From Candidatus Nanopelagicales bacterium (GTDB lineage: Bacteria > Actinomycetota > Actinomycetes > S36-B12 > UBA10799), in the NCBI GenBank assembly GCA_037046735.1, contig JBAOHC010000020.1:78708-142707 (forward strand): a stretch of DNA of 64,000 nucleotides, in the 5' to 3' direction. A model generated the notes under the pieces. That model did no database searches and was not told the origin of the DNA. It saw only the letters and a program-made list of their open reading frames with translations. Both the position numbers and the translations under genes were made by a program. Below are positions 29,887 through 40,189 of the stretch, piece by piece (position 1 is the stretch's first letter; each line of letters begins with the position of its first letter).

Positions 29887-31539
29887 TTACGGTTTGACGA
29901 TGTAGGTCTTGCGCTGCAGGAACGGCTTCAACCGGTCGTTGCCCTTCGCCGTCTGCACCACCGTCACCTTCATCTTCTGCGAGCCGAACACCCGCACCCG
30001 GACCACACCATCGGCCCGGCGCACCTTGCAGTAGCTGACCTCACCGGCCACCGCCGACTTCACCGGAGTACACCGCACCCGCGTCGTCAACTTCTGCCCC
30101 TCATCGGTCTTGCCGGACAGAATCCGCCGCGGCGACGGCGGCAACGACGCAGCCGTCTGCTCAAGGCGGCGCACGCGCACGCTGGCCGAGGCACTGTTGT
30201 TCGCAGTGTTCTTCTCATACGACGAGGTGGCCACGGCCACATTGTTCGTGAAGGCCCCGCCGCTGGGCATCGTGGCGATCACCACCAACTCCTCGGTGGC
30301 ACCCACCGGGAAGCCAGCATGAGTATGAGTGCAGGTGAGCTTCTGCCCCTCCGCCGCGCACGTCCAGCCATCACCGCTCGCCGACGTGAACACCGCACCA
30401 GCCGGCAACGTGTCGGTGACCGTCACCTTCCCGGCATCCTCGATCGTGCCCACGTTGGACACCTTCACCGACCAGGTCGCCTCATCATCGACAAGCACCG
30501 GTGAGCCCACCGACTTCGTCACCGCCAGATCGACCGGCGTCACGTCAACGGTGCTCGTCGCGCTGGAATTGGCGGGTTTGCTGTCCGCGGTCTTCGAGAC
30601 GACCGTGGCAGGCACGTCATAGTGGGCGACCAGACCCGGCTTGGCGGTCTTAACCGTCCAGACCAGGTCCGGAGCACTACTAGCCGGGCCGAGCAGAGGC
30701 AGGGGGAACGCAAGCGGACCTGCGGCGGCATCTGCCAGCAGAGTGAACGTGCACTCGACCACCTGGCCGTTGGGCACACACGTCCAGGGTGCGGCCGCCG
30801 AGACGAATGAGAGACCGGGCGGGAGGGTGCCGGTCAGCGTCAACGGCAGCGTCGCGCTCGACGGCCCGTCGTTCTTCACCTTCCAGGTGATCTTGGCGTC
30901 AGCGCCAGGATCCGTCTGCCCGGCGTTTGACCCGGTCAGCACGAGGTCGGCGTCGTTGATGACGTCAACGGGCGCGAGCGTCTCGGGATTCAAGATCTCT
31001 TCAGCCGCGGCCTGCGGTGCCTCAACCGGGATTTCGACATCGCAGTTGTACGACGACATCTGCCCCTCTGGGGTTAGTGCCCTGGGATTGAAGACAGCGG
31101 CACAGTTGTTCAGGGTCCCAGGCCGTACTGGCGCGGGAGACGTGGCGGTGACCGTGTACGAGACGGAAGCCCCCGATGCGATGTTGACAGCACCAGGCTG
31201 GGGTGCGGTGAAGATCATCGGCACCCTGCAGTAGAAGCTCACATCATCGATCTTGGTGCACTCGAAGTCGGGCGAAGACGTCGTGATGGTGTCAATCACG
31301 AGGCCCTCGTCGAGTCGGTCAACGACCCATCCGCCGGCCTCGTCCAGGCTGTTGTTCGTCACAACGACCGTGAACGTCGTCTTCTGGCCCGACCCTGCAG
31401 TGATCGGGCTGGCACCGGTGCGTTCATTGGACAGCACCAGGCCACCACCACCATTCGCCTGCGCCGGGATGGCCACCCCCAGCCCCGCGACCACCAAAGC
31501 GGCAGTGGTTACCCCCGCCGCGACTCTTCGCATTCTCAT
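29887..31539 (-). CDS. secreted DUF11-repeat surface protein, paralog 3 (intact)
   Basis: ORF 29887-31551. ATG 31539 or 31533 preferred because GGGAGG lies at 31542-31547. Signal peptide MRMRRVAAGVTTAALVVAGLGVAIPAQA; N-terminal Cys-containing domain; DUF11 repeats (VDLAVTKSVGSPVLVDDEATWSVKVSNVGTIEDAGKVTVTDTLPAGAVFTSASGDGWTC); basic C-terminal module ...SYCKVRRADGVVRVRVFGSQKMKVTVVQTAKGNDRLKPFLQRKTYIVKP. No LPXTG motif and no C-terminal TM. Confidence 0.8.
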   Translation of the reverse strand: MRMRRVAAGVTTAALVVAGLGVAIPAQANGGGGLVLSNERTGASPITAGSGQKTTFTVVVTNNSLDEAGGWVVDRLDEGLVIDTITTSSPDFECTKIDDVSFYCRVPMIFTAPQPGAVNIASGASVSYTVTATSPAPVRPGTLNNCAAVFNPRALTPEGQMSSYNCDVEIPVEAPQAAAEEILNPETLAPVDVINDADLVLTGSNAGQTDPGADAKITWKVKNDGPSSATLPLTLTGTLPPGLSFVSAAAPWTCVPNGQVVECTFTLLADAAAGPLAFPLPLLGPASSAPDLVWTVKTAKPGLVAHYDVPATVVSKTADSKPANSSATSTVDVTPVDLAVTKSVGSPVLVDDEATWSVKVSNVGTIEDAGKVTVTDTLPAGAVFTSASGDGWTCAAEGQKLTCTHTHAGFPVGATEELVVIATMPSGGAFTNNVAVATSSYEKNTANNSASASVRVRRLEQTAASLPPSPRRILSGKTDEGQKLTTRVRCTPVKSAVAGEVSYCKVRRADGVVRVRVFGSQKMKVTVVQTAKGNDRLKPFLQRKTYIVKP

Positions 31540-31709
31540 CGAACCTCCCATTGTGTGTTGCAGCCCCGCGGACGAGCATCAGGCTAGCGCCGCAGATGGT
31601 ACAGACGCGCGATCTGCACTAAATGACGGTCATTTCAGGCCGACCCCTCTACCGCCCGTGGCACAGCCACCCATTAGCGTGCAACTAGGTTCACGAATGG
31701 GAGCGGATC

Positions 31710-33044
31710 ATGCAGCACATCCTCGACGCCATCATGAACGAGGCCCCGGCGGCCGAGTTCGCGTCCATTGAGATTCCTCAGTCCTACCGAGCGATCACTG
31801 TTCACAAGGAAGACGTGGACATGTTCGCCGGACTGCCGACGCGCGAGAAGGATCCCCGGAAGTCGCTGCACCTCGATGACGTTCCGGTTCCCGAACTCGG
31901 CCCAGGCGAGGCGCTTGTGGCCGTGATGGCCTCGTCGATCAACTACAACACCGTCTGGACCTCGATCTTCGAGCCGGTGTCGACGTTCGGCTTCCTCGAG
32001 CGCTACGGCCGCTCACATCCGCTCGCCAAACGCCATGACCTGCCCTACCACATCATCGGCTCCGACCTGGCTGGTGTCGTACTGCGCACCGGGCCGGGGG
32101 TCAACGCGTGGGGCCCCGGCGACGAGGTGGTCGCCCACTGCCTGAGCGTGGAGTTGGAGAACCCCGCAGGCCACAACGACACGATGATGGACCCCGAGCA
32201 GCGGATCTGGGGCTTTGAGACCAACTTCGGCGGTCTGGCCGAAATCGCGCTGGTGAAGTCCAACCAGCTCATGCCCAAGCCTGCACACCTCACATGGGAA
32301 GAGGCCGCGGCGCCTGGGCTTGTGAACTCCACCGCCTACCGCCAGTTGGTCTCGCGCAACGGCGCTGGGATGAAGCAGGGCGATGTCGTGCTGATCTGGG
32401 GGGCATCGGGTGGTCTGGGTTCCTACGCCACCCAGTACGCAGTCAACGGCGGCGCGATCCCCGTGTGTGTGGTGTCCTCCCCCGAGAAGGCCGACATCTG
32501 CCGAGCCATGGGCGCGGAGTACATCATCGACCGCAACGCAGAGGGCTACCAGTTCTGGAAGGACGAGCACACCCAGAATCCGAAGGAATGGCAGCGCCTC
32601 GGCAAGAAGATCCGTGAGCTCACGGGCGGCGAGGACGTCGACATCGTCTACGAGCACCCTGGCCGCGAAACGTTCGGAGCCAGTGTCTACGTCACGAAGA
32701 AGGGTGGCACCATCGCCACCTGCGCCTCGACCTCCGGCTACATGCACGAGTACGACAACCGCTACCTGTGGATGAACCTGAAGCGGATCATCGGCTCGCA
32801 CTTCGCGAACTACAAGGAGTCGTATGAGGCCAACCGACTCATCGAGAAGGGCATGATCCACCCCACCCTGAGCAAGTCCTTCCCGCTTGAGCAGACCGGC
32901 CAGGCCGCCTATGAGGTTCACCGCAATGCTCATCAGGGCAAGGTCGGGGTTCTGTGCCTGGCGCCCGAGGAGGGTTTGGGTGTGCGTGACCCGGGCAAAC
33001 GTGCGAAGTTCGAGAAAGAAATCAACCGCTTCCGGAACGCATGA
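31710..33044 (+). CDS. ccr: crotonyl-CoA carboxylase/reductase
   Basis: 444 aa, near-collinear with Streptomyces Ccr (SYRAITVHKEDVDMFAGL, DKDPRKSLHLDDVPVPELGPGEALVAVMASSINYNTVW, RIWGFETNFGGLAE, IWGASGGLGSYA, HQGKVGVLCLAPEEGLGV). Confidence 0.9.
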   Translation: MQHILDAIMNEAPAAEFASIEIPQSYRAITVHKEDVDMFAGLPTREKDPRKSLHLDDVPVPELGPGEALVAVMASSINYNTVWTSIFEPVSTFGFLERYGRSHPLAKRHDLPYHIIGSDLAGVVLRTGPGVNAWGPGDEVVAHCLSVELENPAGHNDTMMDPEQRIWGFETNFGGLAEIALVKSNQLMPKPAHLTWEEAAAPGLVNSTAYRQLVSRNGAGMKQGDVVLIWGASGGLGSYATQYAVNGGAIPVCVVSSPEKADICRAMGAEYIIDRNAEGYQFWKDEHTQNPKEWQRLGKKIRELTGGEDVDIVYEHPGRETFGASVYVTKKGGTIATCASTSGYMHEYDNRYLWMNLKRIIGSHFANYKESYEANRLIEKGMIHPTLSKSFPLEQTGQAAYEVHRNAHQGKVGVLCLAPEEGLGVRDPGKRAKFEKEINRFRNA

Positions 33045-33433
33045 TGCTCAACGACAAGGCCAAGGCACTGCTCGACAAGCCGAAGCAGTTCGCCACCATC
33101 TCCACGATCGAACCCGACGGCCGACCCCAGAGCAGTGTGGTCTGGTACGTCCGCGATGGCGACGACGTGCTTGTCTCAACGGTCGCGGATCGGCGTAAGC
33201 ACAAGAACATGGTGCGCGATCCGCGGGTGACGCTCCTGGTCTACGACGCCGAGAACCCTTATGAGTACGTCGAGATCCGCGGTCGGGTCCAGATGACCAC
33301 CGAGGGCGGCCGGGAACTGATCGACGACCTGGCGCGCGCCTACATGGGTGCGGACCGGTACACCATGGACGACGGCACGGACAACGTGCGCGTCGTCTGC
33401 CGGATCGTGGCTGAGAAAGTCGTCAGCCGCTAG
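33041..33433 (+). CDS. PPOX-class (pyridoxamine 5'-phosphate oxidase-like) probable F420-dependent protein
   Basis: 130 aa; ATGA overlap with the ccr stop; ...ATISTIEPDGRPQSSVVWYVRDGDDVLVST...KHKNMVRDPRVTLLVYD...YVEIRG pattern. Confidence 0.75.
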   Translation: MMLNDKAKALLDKPKQFATISTIEPDGRPQSSVVWYVRDGDDVLVSTVADRRKHKNMVRDPRVTLLVYDAENPYEYVEIRGRVQMTTEGGRELIDDLARAYMGADRYTMDDGTDNVRVVCRIVAEKVVSR

Positions 33434-33436
33434 GCG

Positions 33437-33847
33437 TCAGCGGGCAGCGAACCAGGCGGATGCCTTGGCATTCCACAGCAGGTACAGCACGAAGGCGGCG
33501 ATGATCGTCAGCACGACCGCGCCCCACATGAAACTGCTGCCCCAGAGCATCACGATCGCAAAACCGCCGAGCACGAACCGGACCATCATCAGCAGGCTGA
33601 TGAGCAGCCGCGCGAACTTGCTCCCGTTGCCCAGCGCCGACGCGAACAAGGCGATCACCAGGCCCAGGACGATCGAGATCCAGGCTGTCAGGGTCGCGGT
33701 GTCAGGGTTGACCCCAGCGTCAACGAGTGTCGCATCACTGGCGAACAACAGGATCACGCCGTCGATGATCGTCACGATCGCCACCAACCACGTGAGAATG
33801 ACGACGAAGGAAACGCTGGCAGGCCGCTTGGGCAGTTCGGAAGTCAT
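33437..33847 (-). CDS. hypothetical 4-TM membrane protein
   Basis: 136 aa; four hydrophobic segments; no recognisable motif. Confidence 0.55.
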   Translation of the reverse strand: MTSELPKRPASVSFVVILTWLVAIVTIIDGVILLFASDATLVDAGVNPDTATLTAWISIVLGLVIALFASALGNGSKFARLLISLLMMVRFVLGGFAIVMLWGSSFMWGAVVLTIIAAFVLYLLWNAKASAWFAAR

Positions 33848-33900
33848 GGCGCCGAATGTAGCGTGACGAGGGTCCGGATTGGATGGCGGCGCGCCAGGCG

Positions 33901-35640
<1,740 letters not shown>

Positions 35641-35889
35641 CCTTCCAGGGTACGCAGCACGCCGATCCCCTCCGGCGCGGGCTCGAGCGGTGATGAATGT
35701 CGATGGCGGGTGACGGTTCTGGTTTGTCAGGGGCCCACTGGTCGCCCATCGCTCACAGATGCCCTGCTGCCCCCGCCGCACGAGGCAATGTGGGAAACAA
35801 GCCTCTAGGAGGTCGATACCCCACATTGCCACCCGCCACGCATGGCCAGAACGCGTCTAGGTCGCCTCAGCCGGCAACCGAGCGGAGCC

Positions 35890-36624
35890 TCACGGAAGCC
35901 AGTCGCGCAGGATCTCCAGCAGCACATCGTTGGCCGCCGCCGGGTCCTCAATCACGCTCAAGTGCCCGGCACCCGGGATCTCACGGCCCACAGCTTGCGG
36001 CATGGCATCAAGCATGATCTGCTGCTCCGCCCGCGGGGAGAGCGTGTCCTCGCTGCCCCAGACCACAGCCGCGAGACCGTCATAACTGCGCAGCACAGGC
36101 ACCGAGTCCAGGCGGTCGGCCATCGTTCGCTGGGCATTCGCCACGGCTGCCGGCGACGCGTCGTCGATCATCTGCCGCACGGCACCCACGACCTCCGGCC
36201 GACTCTCGCGCGTGGTGGCCCCCAACAGGTTGGGCAGAAGTTCGTCGGCGAGTCCGGCCGTATCCGGCGCGGCGTCCATACGCTGGGCCATCTTGAAGCG
36301 AACCCGGCGGGCTTCCGGGGCGTCGGCCGTGGCCTTCGTGTCCACGAAGATCGCCCCGGCGACCTTGTCCGGAGCCTTGCGCAGAACCTCCATCAGCAGG
36401 TAGCCCCCCATGGACACCCCTACGAAGACGGCAGGCTTGTTCAGCCGCGTCAGGACGGGAGTCACCATCTGCAGCAGTGACGGCGAGCCCGGCAGCGCGG
36501 AGTCACCAAAGCCACCCACATCGGGGGCGAAAACGGTGTAGCCCACGCCCCGCAGGTACTCGATCTGACCGTCCCAGAGGTGATGATTCACCGGAAAGGC
36601 GTGCAGCAGAACCACGGCGGTCAT
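35890..36624 (-). CDS. alpha/beta hydrolase
   Basis: ATG 36624 (MTAVVLLHAFP...); nucleophile elbow GVSMGG; C-terminal GAGHL. Confidence 0.75.
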   Translation of the reverse strand: MTAVVLLHAFPVNHHLWDGQIEYLRGVGYTVFAPDVGGFGDSALPGSPSLLQMVTPVLTRLNKPAVFVGVSMGGYLLMEVLRKAPDKVAGAIFVDTKATADAPEARRVRFKMAQRMDAAPDTAGLADELLPNLLGATTRESRPEVVGAVRQMIDDASPAAVANAQRTMADRLDSVPVLRSYDGLAAVVWGSEDTLSPRAEQQIMLDAMPQAVGREIPGAGHLSVIEDPAAANDVLLEILRDWLP

Positions 36625-36652
36625 CGGCCGGACCCCCGATGCGTCAACCGGG

Positions 36653-37081
36653 TCACGAAGTGGGGGGCGTCTCGGGGCCGCCGCTCGGCGTCGGTGCAGC
36701 GTCGACGACCTCATCGGTGGTCGACGGCGCCTCTTCGGTGGCCTTGGTCACGGTCTTCTTGAGATCAGCCACCGGTGCCACGTCGGTGTCGGGCTGCTCC
36801 ATGACCTGCCACTCCTCGGCCGCCTTGCGCCGCTTCTTCAGCACGATCACCAGGCCCACGGCGACACCAGCAACCGCCAGACCGATGGCGATCTTGGGCA
36901 GTAGGTGCCGATTCTCCTCGATCTTCTGCTCGGCAACCTCCAGCGCGCGATCAGCCTGTGCCAACACTTTCTCCGTATCCAGGACCGTGGTGTCGGCGAC
37001 CTTGATCACGCCGTCCCACTTGTCCAAGCGGTTTTCCCAGTGCTCGATGTGGTCGCGAACGTTGTCGATATCGATAGTCAT
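36653..37081 (-). CDS. hypothetical single-TM protein with N-terminal coiled coil
   Basis: ATG 37081; 142 aa; helical N-terminus, TM IAIGLAVAGVAVGLVIVL, acidic/Pro-rich tail. Confidence 0.5.
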   Translation of the reverse strand: MTIDIDNVRDHIEHWENRLDKWDGVIKVADTTVLDTEKVLAQADRALEVAEQKIEENRHLLPKIAIGLAVAGVAVGLVIVLKKRRKAAEEWQVMEQPDTDVAPVADLKKTVTKATEEAPSTTDEVVDAAPTPSGGPETPPTS

Positions 37082-37126
37082 GACTCCAGCCTTTCTGATC
37101 GGGACATGATTCGGCAAGTCACCCAC

Positions 37127-37885
37127 CTACGGCATCGCCGAAAGTCCCCCGTCGAGGATCAACTCCTGCCCCGTCATGAAGCTCGAGGCGTCGGAGGCAA
37201 GGAACACCGCACCCGCGGCGATCTCGGGCACCTGCCCCCAACGCTGCATCGGCACTCGGGCCAGCACCCCCGCGCCATTGTCGGGAGCGGCACGCAGGAA
37301 CTCGGTGAGATCGGTCTCGATCCAGCCCGGAAGCAATGTGTTGACCCGCACTCCGGCCCACGCCCACTCCACGGCGACCGAGCGGGTCAGGCTCATGATC
37401 GCCGCCTTGGCCGCACCGTAGTGGCTCATCAGGGGCGCACCCCGCATCCCTGCCACGCTGGCCACGTTGATGACAGATCCCGACTTCTGCTCCAGCAGCG
37501 TCGGACCCACCGCCTGCAGCATGTGCACCGTGGAGTCGACGTTGAGCTTCTGGGTCTTCTCCCACCCGGAGAAGCGCATGCCCACAACGGGGCTGGAGAA
37601 CGAGTTGCCGCCGGCGTTGTTGACCACGATGTCCAAGCCCCCGAGTTCCCTGATCGCGGACTGAGCGGCGGCGTGCACGGCGGCCGGGTCGAGCACGTCG
37701 GCGACGGTGACGACCGCCATGCGCCCAAGACCCTCGATCTCCTGGGCGACCTCGGTGAGCATCTCCTCGTTGCGGGCAAGTAGTGCTACGTCGGCCCCCT
37801 GCCGTGCGTATTCCACGGCGATCGCCCGCCCAATACCCCGGGAGGCGCCGGTGACGATGGCCCTCTTGCCTGACAACTGACTCAT
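37127..37885 (-). CDS. SDR family oxidoreductase (FabG-like)
   Basis: TGASRGIG cofactor motif, NNAG, catalytic S...YGAAK; ATG 37885 overlaps the stop of the upstream hydrolase gene (ATGA). Confidence 0.85.
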   Translation of the reverse strand: MSQLSGKRAIVTGASRGIGRAIAVEYARQGADVALLARNEEMLTEVAQEIEGLGRMAVVTVADVLDPAAVHAAAQSAIRELGGLDIVVNNAGGNSFSSPVVGMRFSGWEKTQKLNVDSTVHMLQAVGPTLLEQKSGSVINVASVAGMRGAPLMSHYGAAKAAIMSLTRSVAVEWAWAGVRVNTLLPGWIETDLTEFLRAAPDNGAGVLARVPMQRWGQVPEIAAGAVFLASDASSFMTGQELILDGGLSAMP

Positions 37886-38610
37886 AGGTCGCTCCACTTC
37901 TCCATTGGCCCGTCCCACTCGGTCGGCAGGACGGTTACTTCACCGGTGACTGTTGTGACGATCTGGTTGAGTACCGTGCTGGCCGCCCGCTCCCCCACCC
38001 AGAGGTGCTTGGCGGCCTGCACGGGTATGAACTGCACCTGCGGGGCGCGCGCGAAATGAGGTCGCGCTGCCAACGGCGGCAGGTAGTCGTCGTCCTCTGG
38101 GACCATGACCACCAACGCCCGGCCGTCGCGGCCCCAGCGATCGATGTCGGCGTCCGTGGCGTACCGCAGCGGCGGGCTGAGCAGGATCGCCCCGCGCACT
38201 GCGGGAAGCAATCCGTGGCGCAGCACCACATCCGTGCCGAAACTCCAGCCCACCAGCCAGATGTTGGGCAGGTCCGCGACGAATTCAACCGCAGCCTGCA
38301 GATCCAATCCCTCGGCGGTACTCGCGTCGAACTGTCCCTCAGAGGTACCCGCAGCGCTTGACGTCCCACGGGTGTTGAAACGCAGGACAGCAATATCGGC
38401 CAAGGCCGGCAGTCGCCAGGCCGCCTTCCGGTAGATATGCGAGTCCATCATGCCGCCATGCGTGGGCAGCGGGTGGACGGTGACGAGGGTGGCCACCGGG
38501 TCAGCCAATGGCAGCGCCAGTTCACCGACAAGTCGCAGGCCGTCGGCCGTCGTGAGTGTGACCGGGTCGCGGCGGGCGGGCAGCACCGCGTTCGCACCGA
38601 TCCGATCCAC
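37882..38610 (-). CDS. alpha/beta hydrolase
   Basis: 242 aa; nucleophile elbow GWSFG; translationally coupled to the SDR gene. Confidence 0.7.
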   Translation of the reverse strand: MDRIGANAVLPARRDPVTLTTADGLRLVGELALPLADPVATLVTVHPLPTHGGMMDSHIYRKAAWRLPALADIAVLRFNTRGTSSAAGTSEGQFDASTAEGLDLQAAVEFVADLPNIWLVGWSFGTDVVLRHGLLPAVRGAILLSPPLRYATDADIDRWGRDGRALVVMVPEDDDYLPPLAARPHFARAPQVQFIPVQAAKHLWVGERAASTVLNQIVTTVTGEVTVLPTEWDGPMEKWSDL

Positions 38611-38658
38611 CCAAGCAGCCTATGCGGTGACTGGCGCCGCGGTGAACCCCGCCGGGGC

Positions 38659-39651
38659 TCAGCGCCCTGTTATCTGCACTGGCTTGGCTCGGTTCAGCGG
38701 TGGCAGGGTTCCCCGCTCGGAGGTCACCCGGTTACGGCCCGCCGCCTTGCTCTGGTACATGAGGCGATCGGCGCGATCCAACGCCTCCTGCCAGGTCTCG
38801 TCCGGTTGCACCATGGTCGCCCCGATCGAGACGGTGACGGTGACCCGCATACCGTCGATCGTCAGCCATGACTCCTCGACCAGCATTCGCAAGCGCTCAG
38901 CCGCCAGCTCCAGGTCCGCCGCTGAGGCCAGGCGCACCACCGCCAGGAACTCCTCCCCACCCCAGCGCACCGGCCAATCATGGGGACGCAGACCGTGCGC
39001 GATCGTTTTGCCCACCATCCGCAGGGCGTCATCACCGACCGAGTGGCCCCACGTGTCGTTCACGCTCTTGAAATGATCCACGTCGATGAAAAGCAGCCCG
39101 ACCGACGTCCCGGCCGCGACCATGGGTTCGATGTGCGTCTGCACAAAGCGGCGGTTGCCCAACTCGGTCAGGGGATCGAGGAACGAGGCGTCAAGATCGG
39201 ATGCGGTGCTGGTCGCCAGATCCGCCGTGTCGCGGCAATGGAAAACCTCCACTGAACCGACGATCTGCCCGAGGTCGTCCCGGATGGGGCTGGCCTTGAC
39301 CGTGACCGGCACGCGATGGCCATCGCGGTGATGCAGGTACACCTCCGCCTCCCGCAGTCGGCCGTCGTTCATCACGCCAGCCAGTGGGCAGCCATGTGTG
39401 CACAGCTGGTATCCGCCTTCAGTGACGTGACGCAGGATGCCCTCCGAACAGGAATGACCGGTGACAGCCGCGGCGGGATATCCCGTGATCTGTTCAGCGC
39501 CCGCATTCCAGTAGGTGATACGCCGATCCAGATCGACGAAGTACACGCCGTCCTCGACCTGCTCCAGGATCGTGCGGTAACCGACTCCAGCACCACTACC
39601 TCCCAACCTTCGGGTACCAGTATGCTCCCGGCGCTCGTAGTTTGTATTCAT
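38659..39651 (-). CDS. PAS-domain diguanylate cyclase (GGDEF)
   Basis: 501-aa ORF trimmed to ATG 39651; PAS-like VYFVDLDRRITYWNAGAEQITGY with His/Cys cluster HSCSEG...C-x3-C; GGDEF domain with DHFKSVNDTWGH and active-site GGEEF. Confidence 0.85.
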   Translation of the reverse strand: MNTNYERREHTGTRRLGGSGAGVGYRTILEQVEDGVYFVDLDRRITYWNAGAEQITGYPAAAVTGHSCSEGILRHVTEGGYQLCTHGCPLAGVMNDGRLREAEVYLHHRDGHRVPVTVKASPIRDDLGQIVGSVEVFHCRDTADLATSTASDLDASFLDPLTELGNRRFVQTHIEPMVAAGTSVGLLFIDVDHFKSVNDTWGHSVGDDALRMVGKTIAHGLRPHDWPVRWGGEEFLAVVRLASAADLELAAERLRMLVEESWLTIDGMRVTVTVSIGATMVQPDETWQEALDRADRLMYQSKAAGRNRVTSERGTLPPLNRAKPVQITGR

Positions 39652-39779
39652 GACAACCACTGGGGTGAGCCGGCCGTCGCTCGGCCGGTACCTTGGCCAC
39701 CAAAGACGCTGGGGCACAGATCGCCTACGGCGAGGGCGATGATCGTTTCTGGTGTATCGCGACCGGGACCTGCGCAAGG

Positions 39780-39833
39780 AATTCGGCAGTTGTTGTCGCG
39801 ACACGCCGGGCGGAATCGCACCTTGTGCCCATT
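39780..39833. repeat. ~54-nt imperfect-palindrome intergenic element, copy B
   Basis: Reverse complement aatgggcacaaggtgcgattccgcccggcgtgtcgcgacaacaactgccgaatt; 47/54 identical to copy A; lies between the zinc-ribbon gene and the diguanylate cyclase gene. Confidence 0.6.
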
Positions 39834-39898
39834 TGCGGCTGGAACTTCCAGCGCACAGACGGCGCAAACCCACTGCCAACTGTCGGCGAACCCACGCG

Positions 39899-40164
39899 TC
39901 AGTAAGCCCGCCGCTGCAGGGAGCGATTCCAACAGGGCGTGTGCCAGTGCCGACGACTCTGCGGACCCTGGTAGTCCGGCCAGACAACCACGTGTGGCGT
40001 GGCTGCGGAGATGTTCTGGTTGCAGCCGGGACAGATGTAGGTCTTGCCTGACACGCTGCCACTGATCGACTGCACGACGAAGTCGCCCTCGCGGCGCCGG
40101 TTGCTGTATCCGGCGCCGAGTGAGGACGCACATCATCGGTGCGGCGCCGGTTGCGACGAGCCAT
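39899..40164 (-). pseudogene. conserved actinobacterial small zinc-ribbon protein (often annotated ATP/GTP-binding protein), frame interrupted near 40111
   Basis: ATG 40164 gives MARRNRRRTDDVRPHSAP. The next frame gives GYSNRRREGDFVVQSISGSVSGKTYICPGCNQNISAATPHVVVWPDYQGPQSRRHWHTPCWNRSLQRRAY* (stop 39899-39901). One added G at gcgccggata joins them. An unshifted alternative would be GTG 40075 (58 aa). Confidence 0.6.
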
Positions 40165-40189
40165 GGCTCAAGGGTAAGTGCGCCGGCCT

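Noticed and set aside
31670-31701. cccatt...aatggg pair upstream of ccr as a fourth copy of the palindromic element
   Set aside because: Only the 6-nt ends match and in the opposite arrangement. The aatgggag part coincides with the ccr ribosome-binding site.
38659-40164. 501-aa ORF fusing the GGDEF protein to an Arg-rich N-terminus
   Set aside because: The N-terminal 170 codons are out-of-frame reading through the zinc-ribbon gene and the palindromic element. The PAS-GGDEF protein starts at ATG 39651.
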